The position numbers were made by a program, and so were the translations under genes. Below, in pieces: positions 35,818-48,130 of a DNA stretch of 64,000 nucleotides. Positions within the stretch are counted from its first letter, which is position 1. Each line of letters begins with the position of its first letter. The notes under the pieces are model-generated. The model ran no database searches. It was not told the DNA's origin and saw only the letters and a program-made list of their open reading frames with translations. Origin of the DNA: Basidiobolus meristosporus CBS 931.73 (Eukaryota > Fungi > Basidiobolomycota); the NCBI GenBank assembly GCA_002104905.1, contig MCFE01000451.1, forward strand, positions 1 through 64,000. Direction: 5' to 3'.

Positions 35818-38640
35818 ATGGACAAGACAACTTTGACCCAACGCTGTAAGGGAAGAGGAAAAAGACCAGGTGGCAATTGTGGTAAGCCTCTCAGCTATGT
35901 AGCATGCAGACAGCATAGGAAGTATTACAAGGATCACGGCCAGTGTTTTGCCACCAAAGTCATATTTGACCGTTCATTGGTCACTACTGTACCAGCATTA
36001 TCTTGCTGGCCAGTTGATACTTTTATATTGGCACCTGGCCATCTTTGTCACCTTGTGCAAACTGAGTCAGGTGAGTTTGTGACGCCTTTAGGCTCACCTC
36101 AGCCTTCTGAATATGGTACTCAGAGTGATAGCTCTGACAAGGAAGGTTCACTGATGGATTGTGAGCCTATCTCCACTAACAACAGTACCACATATGAGCC
36201 CAGTCAAATCCCTATATGCAATGAGACAACACCCATTGAAACAAATGCCAAGGATACTTCATGGAGCCAAGTGAGCCCAGTAATCCATCTACTGGGGAAT
36301 GATATAATGTTGTGGCTAGAGAAGTGGCGCATTTCCACTAATATCAGTACGGGGGGCTTTGAGGATTTATTACTACTTCTTGCCAAAATCATGCTGGGAT
36401 GCAACTTACCATGTACATGGTACAAGTGGACAACATTCACATGGCTGGCAACATATGATCCAGAGACTATCCTGATTCCAGCATGTGTTAACAGTTGCAT
36501 GGTGTTCACATCCAAATATGCTACCATTGCAACATGTCCAAATTGTCAGGAATCCACCACCATTGAGGGAAAACATTGTTCACACTCTGGATATATTCCG
36601 GTCATACCCCATCTGAGGAAGTTGATGCAGTCCAACAAATATTGCAAAGCTATACAGTACTGCACTGAGTATTAATCAAGTGCCAACATATCCAATATAT
36701 TTGATGGCAAACATTACAAACAGCTAAGAAGCAAGGGCTACTTTAAAGGTATGTATGACCATGCCTTTGCTTTAGCACTTGATGGATTCTCATTAAACAA
36801 TTACTCTACCAGCAAATCCTGCTGGCCACTGATTCTCATCAATCTGAATTTGCCACCCATCTTACAGTATGAGAGCAATAATCTGATGGTAGTCTCACTG
36901 GTATCTGGGCCTAAATATCTGTCCAAGCTGGATTGCTACCTGTATCCATTGCTGGGTGAGTTATGTATGCTTCCCAGCAAGATAATGGTAAATGGCCATC
37001 ATGTAAAAGCACATATTATTATCTGCATTGGAGATACCCCAGCCATCAGTAAGATAGCAGGTTTTTCCAGGCACAATGGATGGTATTGCTGTCAAATATG
37101 TGAGATCCAAGGGATTTACTCCATAACTCACACACATTATTATTACCCAAACACCAGCACTAAGACTATCATCTTTCCACAGAGAGAATGTACAGAAGTA
37201 AGCATGCAATTTCAGCAAAGTTGGCAAGCTATCAGCCATTGGCTGGAATATGGAATCAATTGGAAACTGGAGATACTAAAGATAGAGGGTATTTGTTGGA
37301 GCAAAAGCTTTCCACTGGGAGCAATGCATTTACTATTCAGCAATACCCCTATACTGATGACCAAGTTGTACATGGGGCATTTCAAGCTAAATGAGCCCTT
37401 TGAGATACCAGAGAAATTTGAAAAAATTGGCAAGAGATTGCAGAGTATCCACTACCCTAAGTACTTCTCACAGGCTCCAATTAATATTCATGCACATATG
37501 CAACAATACAAATGCAAAGACTGGATGAACTGGATATGTATTTATTCAAGTGGTTTTCTGAAGCCATTCCTACTGAGAGTACATTGGAAGCATTGGGAGG
37601 CATATGTGAACATTGTAGGAATATTTATCCAGAAGTGGATCACCAATGCCAACTTGACGCATCTACAGCTGTTGTATGAGGAGTTTGTGATGGGACTTGG
37701 GTGGCTATACTACAAACATAAAGCTGAATGAGTAGATCTCTGCCACTAATGTATCCATTCTTGACTCCATCTTGCACGGTGTGTGGAGAATATTGGGCCT
37801 TGCTTCACCTTTTGGGAGTTTCCTATGCAGCGGATGCATGGGGAGATAGGTACACAAGTCAAGTTGCAGGTACTACCATATCCCAATCTCATCAAGAATA
37901 TTACCTTCAAGTCTGTCATGGATGTGATGAGTTGGCACATGGAGGACAGCCAGAAAGAGTTGGAAAATACTGAGGACAAATGTGCACATGGAGACACCTA
38001 TGCCTATGGTATTACAAAGCTAAGCAGCCCCAATATGTGGGTAATCAGTTAAGTAATGCCAAGTAGGGTTGGATGCAACAAGCAACTAATTTTTATCAGG
38101 AAAACTCCACCAAGATATGCAGGATTTCTCATGGTCACAAGCCAACTTCTACACCATTCAATACGGAATTCATACAAACAAAAGCCAGAGCGCACCTATA
38201 AGGAGGACTAGAATCCAGCAGGGAGAAGGAATATAATGGCTAGATACTAAGAAGTTCTTTGCCAATATTCAGGAAGTATTCATGGCAGAAGTGGCAACAA
38301 CCAAGCATATGTTTGCCAGATGTATATGCTACCAGCAGTACAAGGTATAGGGCAGCTTTGCAAGTATCACACTAAAAAGCCATAAAGTTGAGGTGATAGA
38401 AGTATGTCAATTGCGGCAGGTGTGTGCATTTGTAGAGGTTAGTAAGCAGGAGGCCATAGATTTTTTGATTCAAGCTTAATGTGGAATACCCAAGGTAGTA
38501 GTGGGTAAGCAAATAAAGAAAGGCAATTCTACAGTGGAACATATGAATTGCACAAGGGGAGGTAGAAAAAGGAAATACCATTTAGTAAATTGGTACGGTA
38601 GCATTATACAGAACCAGCAGCAGGCCATCATACTGATGAA
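35818..38640 (+). pseudogene. CACTA transposase (tnp2/Transposase_21-like), disrupted
   Basis: CVNSCMVF...CPNC, YIPVIPHLRKL, LALDG, WPLILINLNLPP, GPK...LYPLLGEL, GDTPAISKIAGF...CCQIC, AMHLLF, GPCFTFWEFPMQR. End coordinate is approximate. Confidence 0.85.
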
Positions 38641-38970
38641 AAATGCCATCAGAGTCATGCTGTGAGGCCGTCAAAATACTATCAAGTTTCTTTCCATACA
38701 AGGCAATTGGAAGTCCTGGCCATCTGGATCCACTTAAAATAGTAATAGCAACAATACCATGCAAATATTGTCACAGCTCCAATCAAAAATTGTCAAGTTT
38801 TATCCCTTTATTTGGCTGTAAAGTTTGCAAAACACCGTCATGATCTTGTTATAAGATTATCAGGAGGGTCACTAACTCCAAGCTGCTGTTATTATAATGG
38901 TCTCTAAACAGGATCTTGGCGGATGATCCGGATTAGATCCAGCCGGGTGACCAAATTATTTTTCATAGGG

Positions 38971-41331
38971 TATCTAGATGGTGCAGCCCAAAAGATAAAG
39001 ATCTTCTGTGACCACAACAACCTTCAGTACTTTACCACCTCAAAAGTACTAAGCCAAAGACAAGCCCGAGGGTCCCTCTTCCTGTCCAGCTTTGACTTTG
39101 TCATCACCTATAGACCAGGTATAAAACAGGGAAAACCTGATGCTCTATCCAGAAAGGTGGAGTATTCCCTTGAAGAAGGGGATGATGCCTGTTGGCAAAT
39201 GAAAAAACCTGTACTCAACAAAATACACATTGAGCTCCTTGCAACCCAGTTGTCCAGTATTATTGCTCCCTCACTCCTTAGGAAAGTCAAGGCCAGCCAA
39301 GCCACCAGTTCCATAGCCGCAACAATCAAGAAATATCCCAAATCCTCCACTGACCCACCACCCAAGTTCCCAAACCTCCAGTACCTACATCCAGTCAATG
39401 ACATCATCTACCACAAGCACCAACTGTATGTTCCAGACCTTGATACCCAGTTGGATATCATCCATTCTCACCATGATCCTAAGGCTGCAGGAAATTTTGG
39501 TACTGCCAAAACCATGAATGCAATCAAGAGAGACTTCTGGTGGCCCAAGATGATATCTCTCATCAAGAAGTACCTCCAATCCTACGCTATATGTGTATGT
39601 GTAAAATCTGCTAGACACCAGCCATATGGACTTCTCCAACCCTTGCAAGTCCCTGACCAGCAATGGAAGTCAATTTCAAGGGACTTGATCACTGACCTCC
39701 CAGAATCCAACCAATTCAATTCAATCCTAGTAGTGGTAGATTGGCTCACCAAGATGGCTCACTTCATTCCCTGCTCAAAGAACATAGATGCTAAGGAGAT
39801 ACCCACTTAGTAATCAAGAGCATTTTTTGGCTCCATGGTATCCACAGTGACATTGTAACAGATAGAGGACCCCAGCTCATATCAAAGTTCTGGAAACACT
39901 TCATGCAATATCTTGGCAAGCAAGTCAAGCTCTCAACCACTTTTCATCCACAGTCAGATGGCCAGACAGAGAGAATTAACCAGATCCTTGAACAACACCT
40001 CCGGTGCTATATCAACTATCAGCAAGTCAGCTGGACCAAACTGCTACCACTTGCAGAACTTGCCTATAACAACTCATGTCATAGTGCAACAAGTCTTGTT
40101 CCATTCTATGCATATTGTGGTTTTCATCCACAATTTGATATTCAGATCCCAACCAACCCTATGAGCCCCCCAGCAGCTGAACATGCATCAACAATTCTAG
40201 ATATCCAAGAAACATTCAATAAAGAACTATCCTTAGCCCATGAGGGGTACAAGAAGTTTGCAGACAACAAATGGCACCGTAGCCCCAAGCTTAATGAAGG
40301 AGATTTGGTATGGCTCTTGAGCAGAAACATTGCTACCAGCCACCCTTGTGAAAAATTAGACTACAAGAAGCTAGGTCCATTCAAGATCAAGAAGAAACCT
40401 AGTTCACTTGTGTACCAACTACAGTTGCCACCAAGTATGAAAATTCATGATACATTCCATATATCCCTCCTAGAACCATTCCATGAAAGTACTCTACCCA
40501 AACAGTACCCAGCAAATCCCCCAGCCATCCAAGTGGACAAACACTAAGAGTTTGAAGTTCAGCAAGTGTTGGATTCAAAGTACATCAGATCCCAACTTCA
40601 CTATCTGGTAGATTGGGTGGGTTACAGCCTAAATGATCAAACTTGAGAACCTGCAGCAAACCTTACAAACTGCCAAGATCTAGTTGCGCTATTCCACCAG
40701 ACACACCCCAACAAGCCAAAGCCAAAAGCTTGAAGAGAGCCCCTCAAAAGAGGAGTATAGGGTCATGATCACATGACATCCCTGGTCTCCAACTATATAG
40801 CTAAATCAAGCTAGTGAAGAAATCCCAGTTCCTTCTAGAAAGTTCTATTACATTCTAGCAACTTCTTGAAAGCTGCAAGTCAATGTTACATAATAGAACA
40901 TTATATGGAAGCTTACCATTACAATTTAAGTAGTCCCATGCCATATATGGTAGCAACATCCGACATGACCTAGTCACATGACCAGCCTACCCCTGATATA
41001 TTGCCATGTGATATTCCAGTTTGTTCTTTAGTATATTCTATCATGGCACACCTACTGTGCCTCACCCCAGAAACCCATCAGTATTAGCCAATATCCCCAT
41101 CAGTATTAGCCAATATCCCCATCAGTATTAGCCAATATCTCTTGGCATTCATATTGCCAAAAAGCATATATAGTCCTATCCCCCTTATGTATTCCTCAGT
41201 CTGATAAACACAGTTCTTGAATAAGCAGCCTTGCCTTGGAAATCTGCCTTACCTTGTTGATCCACACCCAAGTCCTTTCCTGGTCCTGCCTTGCCTAGCC
41301 CTACTCTCCTGCCTTGTGTCTATTCATAACA
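38971..41331 (+). mobile_element. Ty3/gypsy family B, piece 2: end of RNase H, integrase, chromodomain and 3' LTR (~40762-41331)
   Basis: CDHNNLQYF..SQRQARG, KPDALSR, IN HHCC, PPT AAAAGAGGAGTATAGG; LTR ends CATAACA. Confidence 0.9.
41077..41140 (+). repeat. 22-bp tandem triplication inside the LTR of piece 2
   Basis: ATCAGTATTAGCCAATATCCCC occurs about 2.9 times; it is single-copy in the other two family-B LTRs. Confidence 0.9.
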
Positions 41332-42435
41332 GAAGTGATCTTGGGATCATGGTAGGAGGGAGCCTGGATAGGCTGTTGAGCATTTTGGCTCTGGAGCTGA
41401 GAAACAGAGTTTATGAGGTCTGCAATGTCTTGTTGTAGCTGGGCAAAGGCAGCCATGAGACTTCCAAAGTTATACTCTGAGCTGGACATGTCATGGTAGT
41501 GGGAGGCAGAGAAGTCTCTTGGACATGTTCAGGAATACTGGATATTGCTAGCTAATTTTTGGGTTTTAAAGCCACTAGTTTATCAAGAATACAATTTTTG
41601 AGCCACAATCCCCAACTTTGAATAAGTTAGCGTCACTTCAGAAGGTACTGACTTTAACATCCTTTGATAGAGTATTGTACTAAAGGTTCCAATACTGTAA
41701 CAACTGTATACTACACCTGCAGGGTAATGAAGTGAGTGCAGCTTTGGCAATAATCTTACAATGATAAAGAATCTTTGCCTTTAGAGGACAAGACTAGGGA
41801 AAGATTCAGGGTGATACGTATGGTAGGTATTTCTTTACAAGTTCTTCTCAAGAACTTTGGATAGAAGGCAGAGATCCACAGGTAAGTTAGGAGCAGTCTG
41901 AAAAAACTGTTATGAATAGACACAAGGCAGGAGAGTAGGGCTATGCAAGGCAGGACAAGGAAAGGACTTGGGTGTGGATCAACAAGGCAAGGCAGATTTC
42001 CAAGGCAAGGCTGTTTATTCAAGAACTGTATTTATCAGACTGAGGAATACAAAAGGGGGTATAGGACTATATATACTTTCTGGCAATATGGATGCCAAGA
42101 GATATTGGCTAATACTGATGGATTTCTGGGGTGAGGCACAGTAAGTGTGCCAAGATAGAATATACTAAAGAACAGACTGGAATATTGCATGGAGATATGT
42201 CAGGAGTCAGCTGATCATGTAACTAGGTTATGTGACATGTAGTTACCATATATGGCATGGGACTACATAAATTCTAATGGGAAGCTTCCATAGAATGTTC
42301 TATTATGTAACATTGACTTGCAGCTTTCAAGAAGTTGCTAGAATGTAGTAGAACTATCTAGAAGGAACTGGGATTTCTTCACTGACTTGATTTGGCTAGA
42401 TAATTGGGGACCAGGGATGTCATGTGATCATGAAA
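41332..42435 (-). mobile_element. Ty3/gypsy family B, piece 3: 5' LTR (41908-~42435), leader and gag N-terminus
   Basis: LTR homologous to 30368-30894. Gag-like ORF MSSSEYNFG...YHDPKI is cut at 41331. Probably the 5' half of the same element as piece 1. Confidence 0.75.
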
Positions 42436-44221
42436 CCTTGGGTGTTACACATATATTTGGAACCAATAAAAACTATGCCCTCTTACAAACCGCTACATAT
42501 GCTCTTATAGAAGTATCAAGTGGCTGGCAAGATATTATTGGTACTCAAGAGACAAATGAGTGGTCAAAATGACTTGTGTGGCAAAATACATGACTCAAAG
42601 GCCTGTTAGAGTGGCCATGTGGTTGTTCTCCCCTCTTGTATAGCATTTAATCAAAGTGATCCAGTCCATGGGGCCAAAAGCTTCACACTCCATAATATAA
42701 TGCCATTATAGCACTTTTTGTCAATACTCATGTTATTTAAAACAGTCTTATATTTGAGAAATTACAACTACACAAGTGTAGGATTCAACAATAACCCACT
42801 GAAGTAAGTATTATAGATAAAGATGTAGCACCACATATACTTGTATATGTAACACTATTCCCCATTTGGTTAGACTTACCTCCATACATATTTTGCCAGA
42901 AAATAAAGCAGAGCCTTCTGGTTCACAACCAAATTGCACTGCTGCCAGCTGCAGAAGAGCAGCTGACAACAGCTTGCTCAAAGCCCCCATTACTGATATT
43001 TGTGGAAATGCACCACTCCTCTAGCCATTACATCACACCATTAACCAGCAGAATTACAACTGGGCTCACTTAACTACATAGAGTATCCTTGGCTTTGTCT
43101 CTATGGGTGTTGTCTCCTTGCACATTGGGATATTGCTGGGCCCATGCAGGGTAATATTGTAAGGGGAGATAGGCTCACAATTCATCAAGGAGCCTGCTTC
43201 CTCAGAGCTATCACTCTTCATGCTATATTTAGAAGGCTGAGGTGAGCCTAAAGATATGACAAACTCACCTGACTCAGTTTGCACAAGGTGACAGGTATAG
43301 CCAGGTGCTGTTATAAGCAAATCAACTGGCCAGCAAGAAATTGCTGGTGCAGTAGTGACTAATTAATAGTCTAATATGACATATGTGGCAAAGCACTGGC
43401 TGTGATTCTTGTAATACTTCCTATCCTCTCTACATGCTTCAAGGCTGAGAGTCTTGCTACAATAGCCTCATGGTCTTTTTCTCTTCTCCTATGGTGTTGA
43501 ATCAAAGCAGTCTTGTCCCTAGGGCAAACAGTTTAACACTCAAAAATGTAACAATATTATATCATTTTTCTGTTAATACTCATGTTATATTAAGACAGTC
43601 TTTTATTTGACACATTGCACCTACATCAAAGTAATAATCAATGATGACCCACCATGGTAAGTATTATAAATAATGCTGAGGCATCATATACACATATATA
43701 TGTATCACCATCTCCCCTGTGGTTTAGCTAACATCCATTTTATTGTACCACAAAATAAAGTTATCTGGTACCCAACCAAGCCCCTATGCTGGCTGCAGTA
43801 GTAGAATGGTTGGACAGCAGCTTGCTTTGGCATTTAGTGCAACAAGCAGGGTTGCAACCAAAAAAGGCCATGTTGACAGTGTGGCCACTGAGGGTAATAA
43901 TGCAGGCTACTTGTGCACTTGGTCAGTATGCAATTGAGAATCTGTGCAGACCCACAAGTTAATCCTCATGCCTAGACAGATGAGAATGTAGCAAGCACAG
44001 TACCTCTGGCAGGTGACCAACAAATGCCCTTCATAACATCACCACCACCAGTATCAGTAAATATCTTGTCAACTCACACCAAAGCATCAATGAGGCAAAC
44101 AGTTGCAGTGGCTGATAAGATAGATGCAGTGGCCCAGGGAAATCAGGAAATAGCTCAGCAACAGAAAGTGTGGGTATTACATGTAGAGCAGTCAATATGC
44201 CAGAGAAAGAACACAGTATCA
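42436..44221 (-). mobile_element. Fragments of CACTA copies (transposase N-terminus, intergenic spacer, start of accessory ORF)
   Basis: 43066-43320 matches HLVQTESGEFV..GSPQPS of the transposase. 43743-43937 matches KLSG.QP..QQLAL.FSATSR of the accessory ORF. The spacer region occurs twice. Confidence 0.75.
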
Positions 44222-44640
44222 CCCTATGAAAAATAATTGTGACAATCCTGTCAAAAGACCTTCCCAAACTCTAAGTCTTGTGACTAAGAGGTATTAATCT
44301 CATCAGGACACTGTGCAAGGATTGTCAACAAGTAATTGCACCCCAAATTTCACAAAAAACTTAGTCAAAGTTTTTCATCACAACAGTACAAAAGTGGCTT
44401 TTGATTGGTTCTCTGCCAATTTTCTCACTTTCTGATCCCAGGCACTCTAGTACCTCCTAAATTTGTGTGCTTTGGTTGGCTATTGTCTTTTTTTCACGCT
44501 CCTTACTTTGTAACTTGACCATTTTCCTCACTCTTCATGTATACAAATTGATTCATTTCTGTTGAAACTTCAGTTGTGCCTCAATTGCCAATTGTAATGC
44601 CATATCCAAGTCCCTATACCCTATAATATTATTGAGCCCT

Positions 44641-46622
44641 TATAAATGTCTCTAAAGCTTCATCCTTTGTCTTGAGAAAGTATACCCATGCATATCTTGT
44701 CTTATCATCAATAAACATCATGAAGTATCTTTTGGCTCCAAAGGATAGTGTTCTCATGGTGCCACATATGTCTGAGTGTACAATAGCCAGTATTTTGGTG
44801 GTATTGCTACCTCTTGAGCTCTTAAAACATTGCCTAGCTTGTTTGCCATATGAACATCCCTTACAGACATTCATTTTGATTGGAACTGTGCAATTTAGGC
44901 CCAAAACAAGCTGATTTTTCACCAATTGGCTCATTTTCTGTTCCCCAATGTGTCCTAGCCTCCTATGCCACGTTTCCCAGTTGGTTTCATCAGTTTCAGC
45001 AATGTTGACATAGTCAGGTACATGATCTTGCATTGTAACTTGTATATATTGAGATCTCTGATTCCCAAAGCAAATTTTTGTCCCTTTTCACTCAATATTG
45101 TGCAGCTCAGCTTAGTAAAAACAAATTTCAGTCCCCGAGTAGTTGCTTTACTGACTGAGAGTAGGTTCTTAGCTATTCCAGGTACATAGAGTACGTCAGT
45201 CAGTTTTGCTGTTGTTGCCTCTGAGTTTTCACTCATATTTAGTTGTATAGACCCACTGGCAGTAGCTTCCAATGCAGAGTTATCTCCCAGATAAACCTTT
45301 CTTACAGGAATAGTCTTTAAGTTGCTGAACCAATCCTTTATACAACAAATATGCTGTGATGCTCCAGAGTCAATATACCATTCCTTACTCTGGTTACTTG
45401 CACTCTCTTGTACAGTTACAAATAACTGTTCATCTGTAGTTATACGGTTTGCCTGCTCTAGTTTCTGTTTTTTGTCCGCTTGTCTCTTCTTGCATTCTCT
45501 TGCCCAGTGTCCTGGCTTTTTACAATAGTTACAGCAGCCAGGTTTTCTTTGGTTTTGTTGCTTTCCCTTCTTTTCTGTGTGCTTTTCTGAGCTGAATAAA
45601 GCATTATCTTCAATTTTCTCTGCTTGATCATTACATCTGAGTTCTTCATGGAGAAGTCTTCCTTTGACATAGTCTAAAGTCAAGTTGTCTTCTCTGCTTT
45701 CAAAAGAAAGTATAAGTGGCTCATACTCATCTAGTAGGCTGTAAAGCAGACAGAGTATCTCTTCTTCATTATCTACTCCAGCATTAATACTGTAAAGTTC
45801 TTCTGCAAGTGTCTCCATTCTGGTAATGAGTTGTAGCATGTCATCATCTGGCTTCTTCCTCATGTTGAAGAACTTTTGTTTCAAATAAAGCTTGCTTGAT
45901 ACTGTCCTTGCTCTAAAGATCTTCTCTAAGGATTCCCATGCTGCTTTGGCAGTATTTGAGGCATGGATTTGTCCAATGAAGGAGTCTTGCACATTGATGC
46001 ATATTGCATTGAAGGCCTTTCTCTCCTTCTCTTGAAACTTCTCCACATCTTCTGCTGCTCCTTTGGGCTCAACTTCCTTTCCTGTTACTATGTTCCAGAG
46101 TTTTCTTTCCTCAAGGTGGATCTGCATCTTGATTCTCCAAAGTTTGTAGTTCTTCCCATCAAACCTCTCCTTTACAGGGAAGATGTTGGTATTGCTCTGT
46201 TTGCTGGTCAAAGTCATATTTAGAATAGATTAAGGCAATTGGGGCTCATAACCTGTTGCAATTTAAGAAGTAATTTGGATATAAGGAACTTATCAAGAAA
46301 TAGTGATAATAGTTGAACTGTTGTTTATTCATAAAGAAGCTCAGTATTTATACCTTTGTAGAAGTAATACAGCTGTAACACTAAGTAGGGAGGGTTTTGC
46401 AATATTCAGGAGCATTCTGTAACAGCTTCAGGGTTAGTACATAATGTTTGGTAATAGTGCTAATTTGATCCTGACTATAGGGGAATAATCATAAGATCAT
46501 ATATCTGGAGAAAGTGGCAAGGTCAAGGCAGTAAATGAGTCCTACAGTGACTAAGACTAGTCTAGAATTGTTAAGCAAATTTTCAGCTGTTGAATGATAC
46601 CAAATAGTCCAATATTTCAACA
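44641..46622 (-). mobile_element. Ty1/copia family D, copy 1: 5' LTR 46254-46622, PBS, gag-PR, truncated in integrase
   Basis: PBS GGTTATGAGCCCC at 46241-46253; 369-bp TG..CA LTR; VHSDICG integrase start. Confidence 0.9.
44955..46217 (-). CDS. Copia gag-protease (420 aa open segment)
   Basis: FDGKNYKLWRIKM, zinc knuckle CNYCKKPGHWAREC, WYIDSGASQH, YVPGIAKNLLSVS. Confidence 0.9.
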   Translation of the reverse strand: MTLTSKQSNTNIFPVKERFDGKNYKLWRIKMQIHLEERKLWNIVTGKEVEPKGAAEDVEKFQEKERKAFNAICINVQDSFIGQIHASNTAKAAWESLEKIFRARTVSSKLYLKQKFFNMRKKPDDDMLQLITRMETLAEELYSINAGVDNEEEILCLLYSLLDEYEPLILSFESREDNLTLDYVKGRLLHEELRCNDQAEKIEDNALFSSEKHTEKKGKQQNQRKPGCCNYCKKPGHWARECKKRQADKKQKLEQANRITTDEQLFVTVQESASNQSKEWYIDSGASQHICCIKDWFSNLKTIPVRKVYLGDNSALEATASGSIQLNMSENSEATTAKLTDVLYVPGIAKNLLSVSKATTRGLKFVFTKLSCTILSEKGQKFALGIRDLNIYKLQCKIMYLTMSTLLKLMKPTGKRGIGG

Positions 46623-47169
46623 GTTGCTTTGTCTGTAAGTGGAATATCCACTCTTTCAACAATGGCAAGTGTGGAGGCTGTGGTAGACAAATTCACTTGC
46701 TCTGCAAGATCATATACCTTACTGGAGTATACCACAAATGGCTGTGCTTCCAACTCTTGTGAAAACAGCTGCTTTCTTGTTGATGATTCTTCTTGGCAGT
46801 GTTGGGATTCAGTTAGTTCTGAGCTTACTTCATTAATTGGCACAAACTGCAGCTTTTTTGCAGGATTTCCTGTCTCTGGTTTGTGAAGAATTTTTTCCTT
46901 TACTTTTTCCTTTATCACTGCAAGGTCTTTTGCTGCAACTTTGTCTGAGAGCTGCTTATTTTGAAATACATTTCCTACATGATAAATGCTGCTCTGATGC
47001 ATTTATCTTGGCCTGCTTCTCCCTTGCGGGCACTCTAAAGGCAACCTGACGTTTTGTTTTCTGCTTGTTTCAAGCTATCACCCATAGTTATGATGGGCTC
47101 TATAGATAGGCTGGATTTAGTCTCTTCCAGTGTTTCTGGGTTTTTGGCACCTCCACTACAATCCTTCAC

Positions 47170-47583
47170 ATATAGAGCTGAACTTGCTCCATCTGACCTA
47201 TCTTAGGAGCTATAGTGCCACAAGTCTTGAAATAAAAGCTCCATGGGAACAAGGAGTTTAGCTAATATTGTACATACTAAATTATAAGCAGGCACTGATT
47301 GAAGCTACAGCAGCTCCTTATGTACATTTTGCCAGTTAAAGTGCTGAATAATGATCATATAAGTTGACAACTTGGGTATGACTTGACTAGCTTGCCAATA
47401 TCTTGCTTCATTCCAGGCCACCATGCTCTTGTTTTCACTAGGCTGTAGGTTCCTGCAGCTCCTAATTGTGTAGCTGTCTTGGAAATGTCTTCTGGCTTGT
47501 CCTTAATATGGTGTATCTGGCTCAAGGTCAATCTTGGCAAACATGGTTGCTCCATTGTGTTGGCCCAAAAGCTCTGTGATCCA
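47170..47583 (-). mobile_element. Rearranged fragments of gypsy family E (LTR piece and integrase piece)
   Basis: GTGCCACAAGTCTTG resembles the E LTR edge. TRAWWPGMKQDI..LVK..PSCQ matches sequence near 57390. Confidence 0.6.
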
Positions 47584-48130
47584 CCCTACAAAAAGATAGT
47601 GATGATCCTGTCAAATGGCTATCACAAAATCTATATCCCATGACTGTGTTTTTTTAATGCCATTAAGACACTGTGCAACAACTGTTTAATGAAAGTTGCT
47701 CCCCAGATTTCACAGAAAAACATATCAAAACTGTTGGTCACAACACTCCGTAAGTGTCTTCTGGCTGGTTCTCTGCCAATTGTCTCACATTCTGATCCCA
47801 GACACCAATCACCTCCAGCATATTTAAATACTGTATAACAATTGCCTTTTTCTCTCATCACTTGCTTCCGCACTCAAGTGATGTTCTTGATTTTTAAGCA
47901 TACAGATTGATTTATTTTGTTTCAATCTTCAATTGTAATTCAATTCCCAACTGTATTGACCTATACAGGTCCCCATACCCAACACTCACATTGAGCCCAT
48001 CCTCATACCCAACAAGTAACTCCTTTAAAATCATCCATTCAGTATATACTGAGTCAAAATGCCCTGCTTCTGCTACTTTGGCAGGAACTCCACAGCTTTA
48101 TGCAATTGTTCAATTACTAGGCTTGTTCCA
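47584..48130 (+). mobile_element. CACTA-related copy 4: diverged left-end fragment
   Basis: Begins CCCTACAAAAAGATAG and is collinear with 33206-~33750. Right boundary is approximate. Confidence 0.7.

Larger units (their letters stand above)
33206..38970 (+). mobile_element. CACTA-superfamily DNA transposon copy 1 with CCC...GGG termini (5.76 kb), inactivated
   Basis: TIRs CCCTATGAAAAATTATT (33206) and AAATTATTTTTCATAGGG (38970). Internal tnp2-type transposase on + and a second ORF on -. Confidence 0.85.
44222..47050 (+). mobile_element. CACTA copy 3: left end (44222-~44640) and accessory-ORF fragment (46623-~47050), interrupted by copia D
   Basis: Begins CCCTATGAAAAATAATTG and is collinear with 33206 onward. 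Confidence 0.8.

Noticed and set aside
41077-41140. Short direct repeats as a CRISPR array
   Set aside because: The units are contiguous with no spacers, and the context is a eukaryotic LTR.
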